Shown here piece after piece: positions 9,054 to 17,549 of a stretch of DNA of 36,048 bases (positions are counted from its first letter, which is position 1; every line of letters starts with the position of its first letter). The DNA comes from a virus. Under the pieces are notes generated by a model. The model did no database searches. It was not told the origin of the DNA and worked only from the letters and a program-made list of their open reading frames with translations. Made by a program: the position numbers and the translations under genes. The DNA is taken from IMG/VR virus record IMGVR_UViG_3300045988_030305, one strand, 5' to 3'.

Positions 9054-9388
9054 GGAAGCTTCACCAGCTTTCTGACGTTGTAGCGCTCGAAATCGAACGA
9101 CGCCACTCGCGGCGCGGCGCTCGGAATGCCTACGACGATGAAGTAGCTGTCGCCATGCTTGAACACATCCTGTTCATCGAGCGACGTGCCCTTCGGGGTG
9201 ATCACGGTGTCGGTATACTGCACCGTGGCCTGCTGCGCCGCCATTTGCTCGACCGGGGACATATCTTGAAACGCAACCTGTATCTCGATGCCCTCCGTCC
9301 ATGTGTTGACGATGCCGCCCTCCGGGTCGCGCTCTTTGACCTTGTTCATGATCGTGCATGGCTCGTAAAAGCTCTCGTATAGGCTCAT
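9050..9388 (-). CDS. Head closure or head-tail adaptor protein (112 aa from the ATG at 9388)
   Basis: ATGA overlap with the upstream stop and a GGAGGAAG SD. The track start at 9433 was rejected. Confidence 0.5.
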   Translation of the reverse strand: MSLYESFYEPCTIMNKVKERDPEGGIVNTWTEGIEIQVAFQDMSPVEQMAAQQATVQYTDTVITPKGTSLDEQDVFKHGDSYFIVVGIPSAAPRVASFDFERYNVRKLVKLP

Positions 9389-9825
9389 AACTTCCTCCAT
9401 CTCGCAAGCTTCGCCGCGAACACATTTCTCCACGTCAGGGTTTTCTGTGTCCCGCTCCCGCTCGGCGCTGCTTTGCTATAGCTATATCCGCCGAAGCTCT
9501 CCGACAGGTACGGGCTTGCCACTGTCGCCGCGTTCTGGGCGTTCCATTCCTCGATCTCTTCGGCAATGGCTATGACCGCCTGTGGTATTGCAAGCGCCCA
9601 GACGGCCCCGTGGAAGCTCTCAGGGGCTAATTTGTCATCTGCGGCGCCGTACCGGTGAACGCCGTCGTTAAACACGCTCCCGATTATCCGGTAATACTGT
9701 CCGTTCTGGAGGAACGGCAGCGTGAGAGCCCCGTCAACGACGGTGTATGTGCCGACATGAACACCACCCGGCACGGTGAACCAGTTGCGGAGAAATCCGC
9801 ATACTTCGTCAAGCGTTTCATTCAT
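9385..9825 (-). CDS. Head-tail connector protein (gp6-like, 146 aa)
   Basis: The C-terminal ...SESFGGYSYSK...W.NVFAAKLARWRKL pattern resembles gp6-like connector proteins (from memory). It is the first gene after the capsid gene. Confidence 0.55.
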   Translation of the reverse strand: MNETLDEVCGFLRNWFTVPGGVHVGTYTVVDGALTLPFLQNGQYYRIIGSVFNDGVHRYGAADDKLAPESFHGAVWALAIPQAVIAIAEEIEEWNAQNAATVASPYLSESFGGYSYSKAAPSGSGTQKTLTWRNVFAAKLARWRKL

Positions 9826-9846
9826 GCTGCCGTCCTCCTTTGCTTA

Positions 9847-10959
9847 TCAGCCCATGTATACGCAAGCAAGCTCGGGGTAAATGAGCTTATAGCCGTACAG
9901 CACGTCCATGGACATTACTTCCTGTTTGGTCTCGGTATTGAAGCCGCGGTACACGCGGACGGAAACACCGTTGTACTCGTCACTCGCGACATAGGCTTCT
10001 ACGCCCTTGGGGAGCATCAGCGGACGGGTGACGAAAGCGATCGCGTTCTGGTGGAATGCGATATTCGCGGTGTAAGCTCCGCCGACAGTGATAGCCTTGT
10101 TGTCGCTGGTGTCCTGCTGCAGCGCCGGCGCGATCTCGATGTCCTGATCAGCGGTGTCAAGCGTGCCTGCTCCGGTAACGACATAACTGGTGGTGTCGCC
10201 CGCGATGGTGAAGCGGTCGCCGACCTTGAATGCAGTCGTGAGACCGTCAACGTGGAGCTTAGTCGCGCCCTTGGTGGCTGCGCCATCAATAAGCACTGTG
10301 CCGGTCGCGCCGACTGCGTGCTCAAGCACGCCCTGCGACATGTAGTTATCAAGGCCGAACAGGCGGCCGATCTCGCCCTCGCGCAGGGTCTGCGGAGTGC
10401 CAGCTTCGGAGACGCGAGTCAGGTTCGGGATCTCAGACAGCTTTGCGTCTGCCTCGACGTCCCATACTGCGCGGCGGTTGGTGAGCGGTGCCTTGTTCTT
10501 GTTGAGATACTTGCGAATCGCAGACAGCGCCGCAAGATCGTTCGGCGTGGTGCCCGCAGTGCCGAGAACGCCCGGAATCTGCGAGTACAGCGCAAGGCCG
10601 TCGCGGTTGATCTTCTCGGCCAGAGCTACGGCGGCAGGCTCGATAAAGTCGGTCTGAAGCTTCGCCTCGGTGAGGTTGGTCGCGCCCTCGATTGCGCCCC
10701 ACTTCACATCAACGGTTGCGATCTTGTCGAGCTTCACTGCGACGGAGCTCTCCTTCATGTCCTGACGCTGGACAGTGTCTCCGTCCTTGAAGCTCTTCGC
10801 CTCAAGGACTACCGGCTTCTTCACCTGAATGGTGTCGCCGAGGTCAGAGAAGTCATTGGAAAAGTCTCTGTAGCAGAGGTTCGGCAGAACGAGGTTCTCG
10901 TGCAGGCGCATGAGCGTCTGACGGGCGATGTTCTGCATGGTGATAAAGGTATTTGCCAT
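9847..10959 (-). CDS. Major capsid protein (370 aa; resembles the P22-coat-like family)
   Basis: Position after the scaffold gene and size fit. The N-terminus is MANTFITMQNIARQTLMRLHENLVLPNLCYRDF. Confidence 0.85.
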   Translation of the reverse strand: MANTFITMQNIARQTLMRLHENLVLPNLCYRDFSNDFSDLGDTIQVKKPVVLEAKSFKDGDTVQRQDMKESSVAVKLDKIATVDVKWGAIEGATNLTEAKLQTDFIEPAAVALAEKINRDGLALYSQIPGVLGTAGTTPNDLAALSAIRKYLNKNKAPLTNRRAVWDVEADAKLSEIPNLTRVSEAGTPQTLREGEIGRLFGLDNYMSQGVLEHAVGATGTVLIDGAATKGATKLHVDGLTTAFKVGDRFTIAGDTTSYVVTGAGTLDTADQDIEIAPALQQDTSDNKAITVGGAYTANIAFHQNAIAFVTRPLMLPKGVEAYVASDEYNGVSVRVYRGFNTETKQEVMSMDVLYGYKLIYPELACVYMG

Positions 10960-10965
10960 TTCTGA

Positions 10966-11529
10966 TCATCCTTTCTTGAGTCCGCGCTGATATGCGAAAT
11001 ATTCAGCGTCGGTCATCTTTGAGAAGTCTTTCTCTTCTCCGCCATCGGGGGGTGTTTCCACACCTGCCCCCTTGCTGATAATTTTGCCTACCAGCCCCGC
11101 AAAATCGCCGGTGACGAGGGCGTCGAGTGCTGCGGTGTCCTTGAGCTTTTCACCGTCAAGCTCGGCTGCATCGATCTCCGCGCCCGCTCCGCGCATCGCT
11201 ATTTCAAGGCTCTTGCCGGTGATGCCCTTGCTCTCAAAATACTTGCGCACTGCCGTGGTTTTTGCGGTTTTGGTTTCCTTGGCGGTCTGGGCAGACTTGT
11301 AAGTCTCAAAGGCCGAGTGTTCTTCCTCATACTTTTTCTTGTAACCGCCATCGGCTGCTTTCAGATCGTCCAATTCCTTCTGAACGCCCGGAAGCTTATC
11401 AGCTGCGACTTTATATTCGTCGCGCTGTGTGGTGAGTCCGTTGATGGTCTCGGTGTGGAGCTCGATCACACTGTCGACCTGCTCATCCGTCAGCCCCATT
11501 GCTTTGAGGCCTTTTCTTGTGAGTGCCAT
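10966..11529 (-). CDS. Scaffolding protein (187 aa from the ATG at 11529)
   Basis: AAGGAGAA SD before MALTRKGLKAMGLTDEQVD. The product is charged and helical, and the gene is directly upstream of the capsid gene. Confidence 0.75.
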   Translation of the reverse strand: MALTRKGLKAMGLTDEQVDSVIELHTETINGLTTQRDEYKVAADKLPGVQKELDDLKAADGGYKKKYEEEHSAFETYKSAQTAKETKTAKTTAVRKYFESKGITGKSLEIAMRGAGAEIDAAELDGEKLKDTAALDALVTGDFAGLVGKIISKGAGVETPPDGGEEKDFSKMTDAEYFAYQRGLKKG

Positions 11530-11583
11530 GTTTATTCTCCTTTTTCGGTTCTTCGGCGGCAGTTCCTCGCCGCAGGAGTGGGT

Positions 11584-11620
11584 ATAAAAATAAGCCCACA
11601 ACTTTCGTTGTGAGCTTATT
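11584..11620 (-). terminator. Rho-independent terminator between the gp10-like gene and the scaffold gene
   Basis: The minus-strand RNA reads AAUAAGCUCACAAC-GAAA-GUUGUGGGCUUAUU. This is a 14-bp stem with one G-U and a GAAA loop, followed by UUUUUAUAC. Confidence 0.8.
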
Positions 11621-11632
11621 CTAAAATATTTA

Positions 11633-11656
11633 TTTGGCTTTTGTGGCTCATTTTTT
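11633..11656 (-). repeat. 24-nt box copy A (AAAAAATGAGCCACAAAAGCCAAA on the minus strand)
   Basis: 23 of 24 positions are identical to 17550..17573. It starts at the stop codon of the gp10-like gene and lies 12 nt upstream of the terminator. Confidence 0.85.
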
Positions 11657-12083
11657 AATCGTGGGAAAGTGCATCCTCCAGAATGGCTTTGAACGTCTCA
11701 ATATGATCCGCAACTGCCGGTTTTATGAAGTGCCTCGGCTTCTGTGGGACGCCGATTCTCCATTCCCCGGTCAGCGGATCTTTGTACACCCAACGTTTCT
11801 TCGGTGTGCCACCTACTTCCGAGTACTGGCCTGTCCCAAGTTCAACATACGTGGCATATTCGCTGTTGCTGCCCAGCGTTACAGACGGTTCATTCGGGTC
11901 GACCTGAAATGTGATTGAGTCTCTCAACGCCCCTGTGTCGACAGGGCAAAGTTTCGCCGCGTACTCCTGCATTTTCATTCCAATGCGGTATAAGCCCTTC
12001 AATATCTGCTCCTTGGTAGCCGCCTTGACCTGCTCTCGCATATCTGTTATGTTGAAATCCCAACTGAAAGAAAAATTACTCAT
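11655..12083 (-). CDS. HK97 gp10-family phage protein (142 aa)
   Basis: The motif CPVDTGALRDSITF and overall size are typical of the HK97 gp10 family. Confidence 0.7.
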   Translation of the reverse strand: MSNFSFSWDFNITDMREQVKAATKEQILKGLYRIGMKMQEYAAKLCPVDTGALRDSITFQVDPNEPSVTLGSNSEYATYVELGTGQYSEVGGTPKKRWVYKDPLTGEWRIGVPQKPRHFIKPAVADHIETFKAILEDALSHD

Positions 12084-12104
12084 AATCGTTTACCTCTTTT
12101 GTCG

Positions 12105-12134
12105 TTGACTTTTTCGCCGTTGCTGGTATATAAT
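12105..12134 (+). promoter_or_regulatory. Sigma-70-type promoter on the plus strand (TTGACT-18-TATAAT)
   Basis: TTGACT is at 12105-12110 and TATAAT at 12129-12134. An alternative reading is TGgTATATA with a 16-nt spacer. Confidence 0.65.
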
Positions 12135-12138
12135 ATAC

Positions 12139-12216
12139 ATGCAGTCCCGAAAGGCTCTGCATTGATGAGGCTCCCCTCCACCCCTTATTGGCGGGGGGGT
12201 AAAGCCTCATTTTTTA
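12139..12216 (+). ncRNA. Candidate small RNA (about 75 nt) antisense to the MuF/gp10 intercistronic region
   Basis: It lies downstream of the consensus promoter. Hairpin 1 is at 12140-12161 (GAAA loop). Hairpin 2 is at 12165-12210 (8-bp outer stem plus a GC-rich inner stem) and is followed by TTTTTT. No ORF is present. Confidence 0.5.
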
Positions 12217-13664
12217 TATCTAAAAACATTTGTCGCCTTCCCGTCGCGGAATACGATCACATCTGCTGAAAACTGGCCGCTCCGCTGCATTCGATATTCG
12301 ATAGCTTCCCGCAATTTATCTTCAGGTGCATCCACTTCCGAGCAGTCTAAGATAACACCACCGGGCTTTTCTGTTATCTGCTTCAGTGCGCGGCGCAGGG
12401 CATCATCCACCGCCTTTGTGCTGGATACTGTTTTTAACTCCCACTGTTTTCCATCCCACAAATAATCCGGCATTTTCTTGCCGATTACTTCCGACTCTTG
12501 TAATAGCTCAATGCTGCCACCGAAATTGTTGTGCAGCCATTGAGCTACTTTTATTTCCTCTTTGTGAGCACCGCGGTCATACCCGTTTCCGTATGCGATT
12601 CTGCCTGCTTCAGGGCTCGCATAAGCGAGATACTCAGAAAGCGCATCGTTGCCATCTCTCTTCCCGTTCCATGCTTCCCACTCGTCGTAAGTCATGTCCG
12701 GGATGATTTCCCACTTGCCTGTTTCCGGGTTTCGGGCTCTGCGCATAGTGGGCTCCCGCTCGAACTGTTTGTCCGTCTCAGTTATGAGACCGCAGCGGCA
12801 GTTGTAGATATTCCACCCGCTCGCGCCGAGTGAATGATCTCCGGGGAACATAAGCTTCTCGCCACCAACATCAAACGGCTCGCCGACTGCCCGTATTTGT
12901 CCGTCTGCATGGCGGTGCGCCGGACGCGTTCGGGAATCCAGAGTCGCAAGCCATCTCTGCGTGACCTTTATCCCCATATCCGCCGCGCGCTTGAACGTGT
13001 CAGCCCGGCCTCCATTTTCCGCCGCCGTGACCGCGGTGCGGGCCGTGCGTATCGCGCTCTCGACGTTCATGTTGACAAGCCGGTCGCGTAAGTCCTTTGC
13101 GATTTTCCGTGTGCTCTTCCCCTGTATGATCCCGCTCGTAACAGCTGCCGTGATTTGCTTACGTCCATACTCCAAATCAATTCCGCGGGCAAGCGCCCGT
13201 TTTGCTGGGTAGTACGGCATCAGATCCGGGTGCTCCATTATCAGGCGACGGATCGTATTCTCATCGAGAAGCGTAAAACTGTGGTATTTGTACCTCGTAG
13301 ATTTCTCGACCCTGTACGCCGCATAGTTGCGGTTGATTGTGTATATCGTGGGCGTCTTATCATTGACGTAAGCCACGGCGGCTTCATTCGCGCGTGTGAC
13401 ACGTTCCGCCAGCTTATCGCGCAGCTCTTCGAAGCGCTTCCCCCGGCCGATATACGCAAGTCTCCACTGTTTGTACTGCTCCGCCGTGATCTTTCCCGCT
13501 TCTAACAGCAGCTGCATCTCGCGATCCTTGTCGGCCAGCTTGGCAAAGTGCTCGTCTATCGTTTGCATGAGCTCCACGCTCGCAGCCGCAAACGTGCGGC
13601 GAATCTCTTTCTCAATTTCAAGCAGTATCTCGTCCGTCAGAACGCGGCCTTCGTCCCGCTCCAT
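12207..13664 (-). CDS. Head morphogenesis protein (SPP1 gp7 / Mu F family) with an extra C-terminal PD-(D/E)xK-like domain (485 aa)
   Basis: MuF core motifs are present: TLDSRTRPAHRHADGQ...FPGDHS...YNCRCG. The C-terminal ~150 aa include KKMPDYLWDGKQWELKTV. Confidence 0.8.
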   Translation of the reverse strand: MERDEGRVLTDEILLEIEKEIRRTFAAASVELMQTIDEHFAKLADKDREMQLLLEAGKITAEQYKQWRLAYIGRGKRFEELRDKLAERVTRANEAAVAYVNDKTPTIYTINRNYAAYRVEKSTRYKYHSFTLLDENTIRRLIMEHPDLMPYYPAKRALARGIDLEYGRKQITAAVTSGIIQGKSTRKIAKDLRDRLVNMNVESAIRTARTAVTAAENGGRADTFKRAADMGIKVTQRWLATLDSRTRPAHRHADGQIRAVGEPFDVGGEKLMFPGDHSLGASGWNIYNCRCGLITETDKQFEREPTMRRARNPETGKWEIIPDMTYDEWEAWNGKRDGNDALSEYLAYASPEAGRIAYGNGYDRGAHKEEIKVAQWLHNNFGGSIELLQESEVIGKKMPDYLWDGKQWELKTVSSTKAVDDALRRALKQITEKPGGVILDCSEVDAPEDKLREAIEYRMQRSGQFSADVIVFRDGKATNVFRYKK

Positions 13665-13667
13665 GTT

Positions 13668-15113
13668 TTACTCCTCGCCTCCGGCGTTATTGGCTGGGGG
13701 ATTATTGTTATTATTAGGCGGGTTCCCGTTATTGGCAGCGGCAAAATCGTTGCCATAACGAGCGACGTTATTGTTCTCCATAGCATCAATCCGTGCCGCG
13801 ACTTCGTCTGCCGAAAGCCACGGCAGCTTCTTTAACGCCAGCTCTTCTCCTACCAGATCCAGCGCCTCCATGACCATGTCCGTCTGCTCTTTCTGGTTGC
13901 TGACTCGGTTACGTTTGAAGCTCGGTGTTGCGTCCTCTTCCGATATGCCCTGAAGCGCGAGCAGCGCCACAATGCACTCAATGATCTGGAACTCGAAGTC
14001 GTCCGCCTCCTCGTCCATGGGCTGATAGGCGGCGTCAATGTGGTCATTCGTGGCGCCGGCGGCGATGGTATGTACGTCAAGTCCGCCGAAGTCCTCATAA
14101 ATCCCCGCTCTGATCTCCTGCAGATATTCTTTCCGGGCTTCATACGGTATCTGCTGGGTGTACGGCTCGGCAGCATCATTCTCGCCGTCGTCATATTCGG
14201 AATTCACCGACGCAATGTGCTGCGTCTTCAAGCGGGTGCGGAACTCGGCGAGCGATGCATCATCCATACCGCCCGCTCTCTTGACGATCCAGTATATTTC
14301 CGCGCAGTCCTGAAGATTGTTCGCGAATCCGGAACGGATGAGGTCAAAGGAATCTATCTGCTCGCGCATACCGACAAGGGTGCTCTGCTTGAGTTCCGAG
14401 CCGTAAAGCGGGATTATCGGCAGAACGCCGTTCCAGTTCTCTTCCCCGGCCACCTCGACCTCGCCCGTTGCCTCTACCTTGCGTATCGTGATCTTGTAGG
14501 CCGTGTATCTGTCCCGCTCGGGCGGTATTGCTTCGGGTTGCCTGTCTTTCCGGTATATGAATTTCTTATAGCCCCGCTCCGTGTAGAGTACGGCGATCAG
14601 CGGCTTATCAGCCGCAAGCTGCCAGAATCGGATTCCCGCTCTCACTGCGCCGGTGTCCTCGTCCGGCAGTGGCTTGAACTCCGTGACTGGGAACACGTAC
14701 ATCTGACTGCCGTTCCAGAAGATGAAGCTCCGGCCGTGGATCAGCGCCTTGTACGCGGCCTGTTTAATCTTCACGTCAGCATTCCTGCCAAGCTTCTTCT
14801 TTGTCTCTTCTTTCTCGAACGTGAGGCCGTTGCCCAGAGAGTACATATTCCGTTGCGTGTTCAGCCTGTGGAAAAAGTTGGAGCAGATTTTATTGTTTGC
14901 CGCCGTGATATCCACGATACGAACGCCAGTCACATCCATCATGGTCTGGACGTAGTTGCATATCGTCGTGTTACGCTTTTTGTCGTATTGATCCGCCGTC
15001 AAGGCGATTTCGTACTCTACGCTGGCCTTATGTTCCGCGATTGCACGCTTTACGAAGTCTGCGAGCTCTTCCGGCTTCACAGTCTCGAAGTCCTGATAGG
15101 TCAGGAAACTCAT
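13668..15113 (-). CDS. Portal protein (481 aa)
   Basis: Size fits and there is an ATGA overlap with terL. The C-terminus has an Asn/Pro-rich tail. Confidence 0.85.
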   Translation of the reverse strand: MSFLTYQDFETVKPEELADFVKRAIAEHKASVEYEIALTADQYDKKRNTTICNYVQTMMDVTGVRIVDITAANNKICSNFFHRLNTQRNMYSLGNGLTFEKEETKKKLGRNADVKIKQAAYKALIHGRSFIFWNGSQMYVFPVTEFKPLPDEDTGAVRAGIRFWQLAADKPLIAVLYTERGYKKFIYRKDRQPEAIPPERDRYTAYKITIRKVEATGEVEVAGEENWNGVLPIIPLYGSELKQSTLVGMREQIDSFDLIRSGFANNLQDCAEIYWIVKRAGGMDDASLAEFRTRLKTQHIASVNSEYDDGENDAAEPYTQQIPYEARKEYLQEIRAGIYEDFGGLDVHTIAAGATNDHIDAAYQPMDEEADDFEFQIIECIVALLALQGISEEDATPSFKRNRVSNQKEQTDMVMEALDLVGEELALKKLPWLSADEVAARIDAMENNNVARYGNDFAAANNGNPPNNNNNPPANNAGGEE

Positions 15114-16429
15114 AGATATTGCCCTCCAAATATCGTCGAAATGGTTTTGTCTTTGCCGTCTTTATACGCACTGCGCAGCAATGGGCGCAGGATCGTGTAT
15201 GCGAAATACCGGGTGTCGTCCATCGCGTGGTCATTCTCTTTGATGACCGTGTCGGTTGTGGCTTTTTCGTTCCAGCGGTACAGCTTGAACTCCCGCAGGC
15301 AGCTCTCGCAGCTCTCGTGAACGGTTATCAGTCCCGCCTTCAGGCACGCCGCCGTGAAGCGGATACCGTCAAGCACATCGTTTTTCGCTTTCTTCGTCTG
15401 GAACTTTTTCTTTTTCCGGATCAGCGTTATGAATGACGCCGCCGATGGGTCTATTACTACGCAGCTGATCGTCAGGTCACCCGCCAGCTCTTCAAGCTTG
15501 GCGTAGTATTCGTCGTCCGTCAGTTGCTCCCGCTCCTCACGGCCAGAATAGTAAAACTCCCGCTCCCGCTGCGCTTTCTTTCCGTCCCATGACCATAGCC
15601 CTGCCGAAAAGGCGTTGAATGTGCCGTAGTCTATCGAGATGAACCAGCGCTGGGGATTCGCCGCGTGCTCGGTCTTGATGTTCGCTTCTGTGAACTCGGT
15701 GTACACAAGCCCCTCGGCCACGCACCACTCGCCGAGGATGAAGCGCTGATAGAACACGCCGCTGTACATCCCCCGGTATCGGGCTTTTGTCTCCTCGCTC
15801 AGAGAGAGGTTATCATCCATCGTGAAATGGAGATAGATCAGATGCTTCCCGCTCTCCTCGCCGAGCTTATCTATCCATTCTTTCTTGAACCAGTGCTCCG
15901 GGCTGTCCGGGTTGCAGTTAAACCAGAACTTTGAACCCTCGACCGAGCATCGCGCCGTCGCTTGGTTGACGAAGCTCTCAGGCATCAGCGCCACTTCGTC
16001 AAACAGCACGCCCGCGAGCGTTATGCCCTGAACCAGATCCTGGCTGCTCTCGTCCTTGCCGCCGAAGATGTAGAAATAATTGATCACCGAGCCGCGGCGT
16101 ATCTCGATGTAATTGTCCGCGCGGTGATAGGCGTATTTATATCCCCGCGTTCGCAGCATCCGTTGCAGCGGTCCGAGTACGTTTCTCCGGAAACTGCCGA
16201 CTGTTTTCCCGCACATGCCGAAGGCCTCTTCATGGAACGACGACATTGCCCACATAACGTAGGACAGCGCCATTGACACCGTCTTCCCGCTCCTGATCGC
16301 GCCGTCAGCGATGATGCCCTCATAGTCGGAAACTCCGCTCGACGGCATCCACCATGTCAGAACCTGCTTTTGTTTGTGGGAAAACGGTTGAAACTTGAAT
16401 CCGGCGCTCCTTATGCTTCGTCTTGCCAT
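15110..16429 (-). CDS. terL: Terminase large subunit (PBSX-type, 439 aa)
   Basis: Walker A-like DGAIRSGKT is present, and the N-terminus FQPFSHKQKQVLTWW is typical of PBSX-family TerL. Confidence 0.9.
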   Translation of the reverse strand: MARRSIRSAGFKFQPFSHKQKQVLTWWMPSSGVSDYEGIIADGAIRSGKTVSMALSYVMWAMSSFHEEAFGMCGKTVGSFRRNVLGPLQRMLRTRGYKYAYHRADNYIEIRRGSVINYFYIFGGKDESSQDLVQGITLAGVLFDEVALMPESFVNQATARCSVEGSKFWFNCNPDSPEHWFKKEWIDKLGEESGKHLIYLHFTMDDNLSLSEETKARYRGMYSGVFYQRFILGEWCVAEGLVYTEFTEANIKTEHAANPQRWFISIDYGTFNAFSAGLWSWDGKKAQREREFYYSGREEREQLTDDEYYAKLEELAGDLTISCVVIDPSAASFITLIRKKKKFQTKKAKNDVLDGIRFTAACLKAGLITVHESCESCLREFKLYRWNEKATTDTVIKENDHAMDDTRYFAYTILRPLLRSAYKDGKDKTISTIFGGQYL

Positions 16430-16950
16430 ATTCTCGCCGCCTTCTCGTTCAGCGCCTCAAGGAAACCGTCGTCCTCAAGCAGCTCCTGCGTCTCGGTTAT
16501 GATCTCGCGCCATACTTCCGGTTTGCGGTTCTTCAGCCAAAAGATTATGGCAGCCACGTCCGGCGGCATGGTCTTCTCTGTCACTGTGACCTTGGCCGTG
16601 CCGTTTTTTATGCCATTTACGGTGCCCTCTTTTTTGACCTCTGTATACGTGTAGCCGAGAGCGCGCTTTAACAGCGCGTTCTCGACTTTTATGTCCACGA
16701 TTTCTTTCCCTTTGGACACCGCCTCGGTGATGTCCGGGAAGCGGCGCTTCCAGTCGTAAAAGGTCGACGGAGCGACGCCTATTTTTTTCGCGAGGTCTTC
16801 ATCGGTGCAGCCGTCGCGCGCCCAGGCGGCGAGCAGCTCAAGCCCGCTCTCGGTGCGCCACGGCGCATATTTGCCCCTTGTGCTGGGCTTCCCTCCGGCT
16901 GCCGGTTTCTTTTTCGTGCCGGGCTTCTTCTTGGCTGCGATGTGGCTCAC
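16411..16950 (-). CDS. terS: Terminase small subunit (179 aa)
   Basis: GTG start after AGGAGGAG. An HTH segment LAKKIGVAPSTFYDWKRR and ...VENALLKRALGY are typical of Firmicutes-phage TerS. Confidence 0.8.
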   Translation of the reverse strand: MSHIAAKKKPGTKKKPAAGGKPSTRGKYAPWRTESGLELLAAWARDGCTDEDLAKKIGVAPSTFYDWKRRFPDITEAVSKGKEIVDIKVENALLKRALGYTYTEVKKEGTVNGIKNGTAKVTVTEKTMPPDVAAIIFWLKNRKPEVWREIITETQELLEDDGFLEALNEKAARIWQDEA

Positions 16951-17367
16951 CTCCTCCTGTCAGCTTTACCTCGGCACTCAGTTTGTCCTCGAACCCGAAA
17001 TCAAAATCAAATCCCGACAGGTCGACCTTTTCAAGCTCGGCCGCGAGTGCATCCATGTCCCACGGGGACTCCGCCGACTTGTTGTCGACGATTCTGAACT
17101 GTGCTATCTCTTCTTCGGTCAGATCATCGGCTATAATGCACGGCACAAGCTGGTCTCGCAGCACGTTTGACCGCTGTGCCGCCTGTACGCGCCCGTGTCC
17201 GACGATGATGACTCCGTAGGGGTGTCTATTACCACTGGCTGCTTCCAGCCGAAATTCTCGATGCTGTGGGCAATGTTGGCAAGCTGCGATTCTGGGTGGG
17301 TCTTTGCGTTGTTTTCGTAGGGGCGCAGCTCATCGAGCCGCTTGTAAACGATGTTCATCTTTTGCAT
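16838..17367 (-). pseudogene. ParB-like nuclease-domain protein with its reading frame broken by a 1-nt shift at a C4 run (G4 at 17218-17221 on plus)
   Basis: Frame X gives MQKMNIVYKRLDELRPYENNAKTHPESQLANIAHSIENFGWKQPVVID. The conserved continuation YGVIIVGHGRVQAA...VPCIIADDLTEEEIAQFRIVDNKSAESPWD lies in a second frame. Confidence 0.7.
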
Positions 17368-17390
17368 GATCCCGCTCCTTTTTTATGGAC

Positions 17391-17408
17391 TCCGGATTCT
17401 CCGGATTC
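17391..17408. repeat. Tandem 9-mer x2 (TCCGGATTC on plus, GAATCCGGA on minus) just upstream of the ParB-like SD
   Basis: Read directly: tccggattc tccggattc. Confidence 0.85.
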
Positions 17409-17441
17409 ATTTACCCGCTCGGCGAGCCGCCTGCGGGTGTG

Positions 17442-17464
17442 AAAAAAGCCCGTCTGTCCGGGCT
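17442..17464 (-). terminator. Rho-independent terminator between the early and late gene blocks
   Basis: The minus-strand RNA reads AGCCCG-GACAGA-CGGGCU followed by UUUUUC. Confidence 0.65.
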
Positions 17465-17549
17465 GTCAAGCGTCTTTCCGCTTTGCCGCAGAAAAGGAGA
17501 AGATGAAGAGAGGATCATCTGTCCTTCTGCGGATATGATATCAACTTCT

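Noticed and set aside
9655-10965. 436-aa plus-strand ORF, the longest plus-strand ORF in the structural region
   Set aside because: It lies exactly antisense to the capsid and connector genes. The product is Arg/Ala/Val-rich and low-complexity, with no SD. Long antisense ORFs are expected where sense codons are G/C-rich at position 3.
14040-15320. 426-aa plus-strand ORF
   Set aside because: It is antisense to the portal and terL genes, for the same GC3 reason. It has no SD and no recognisable motifs.
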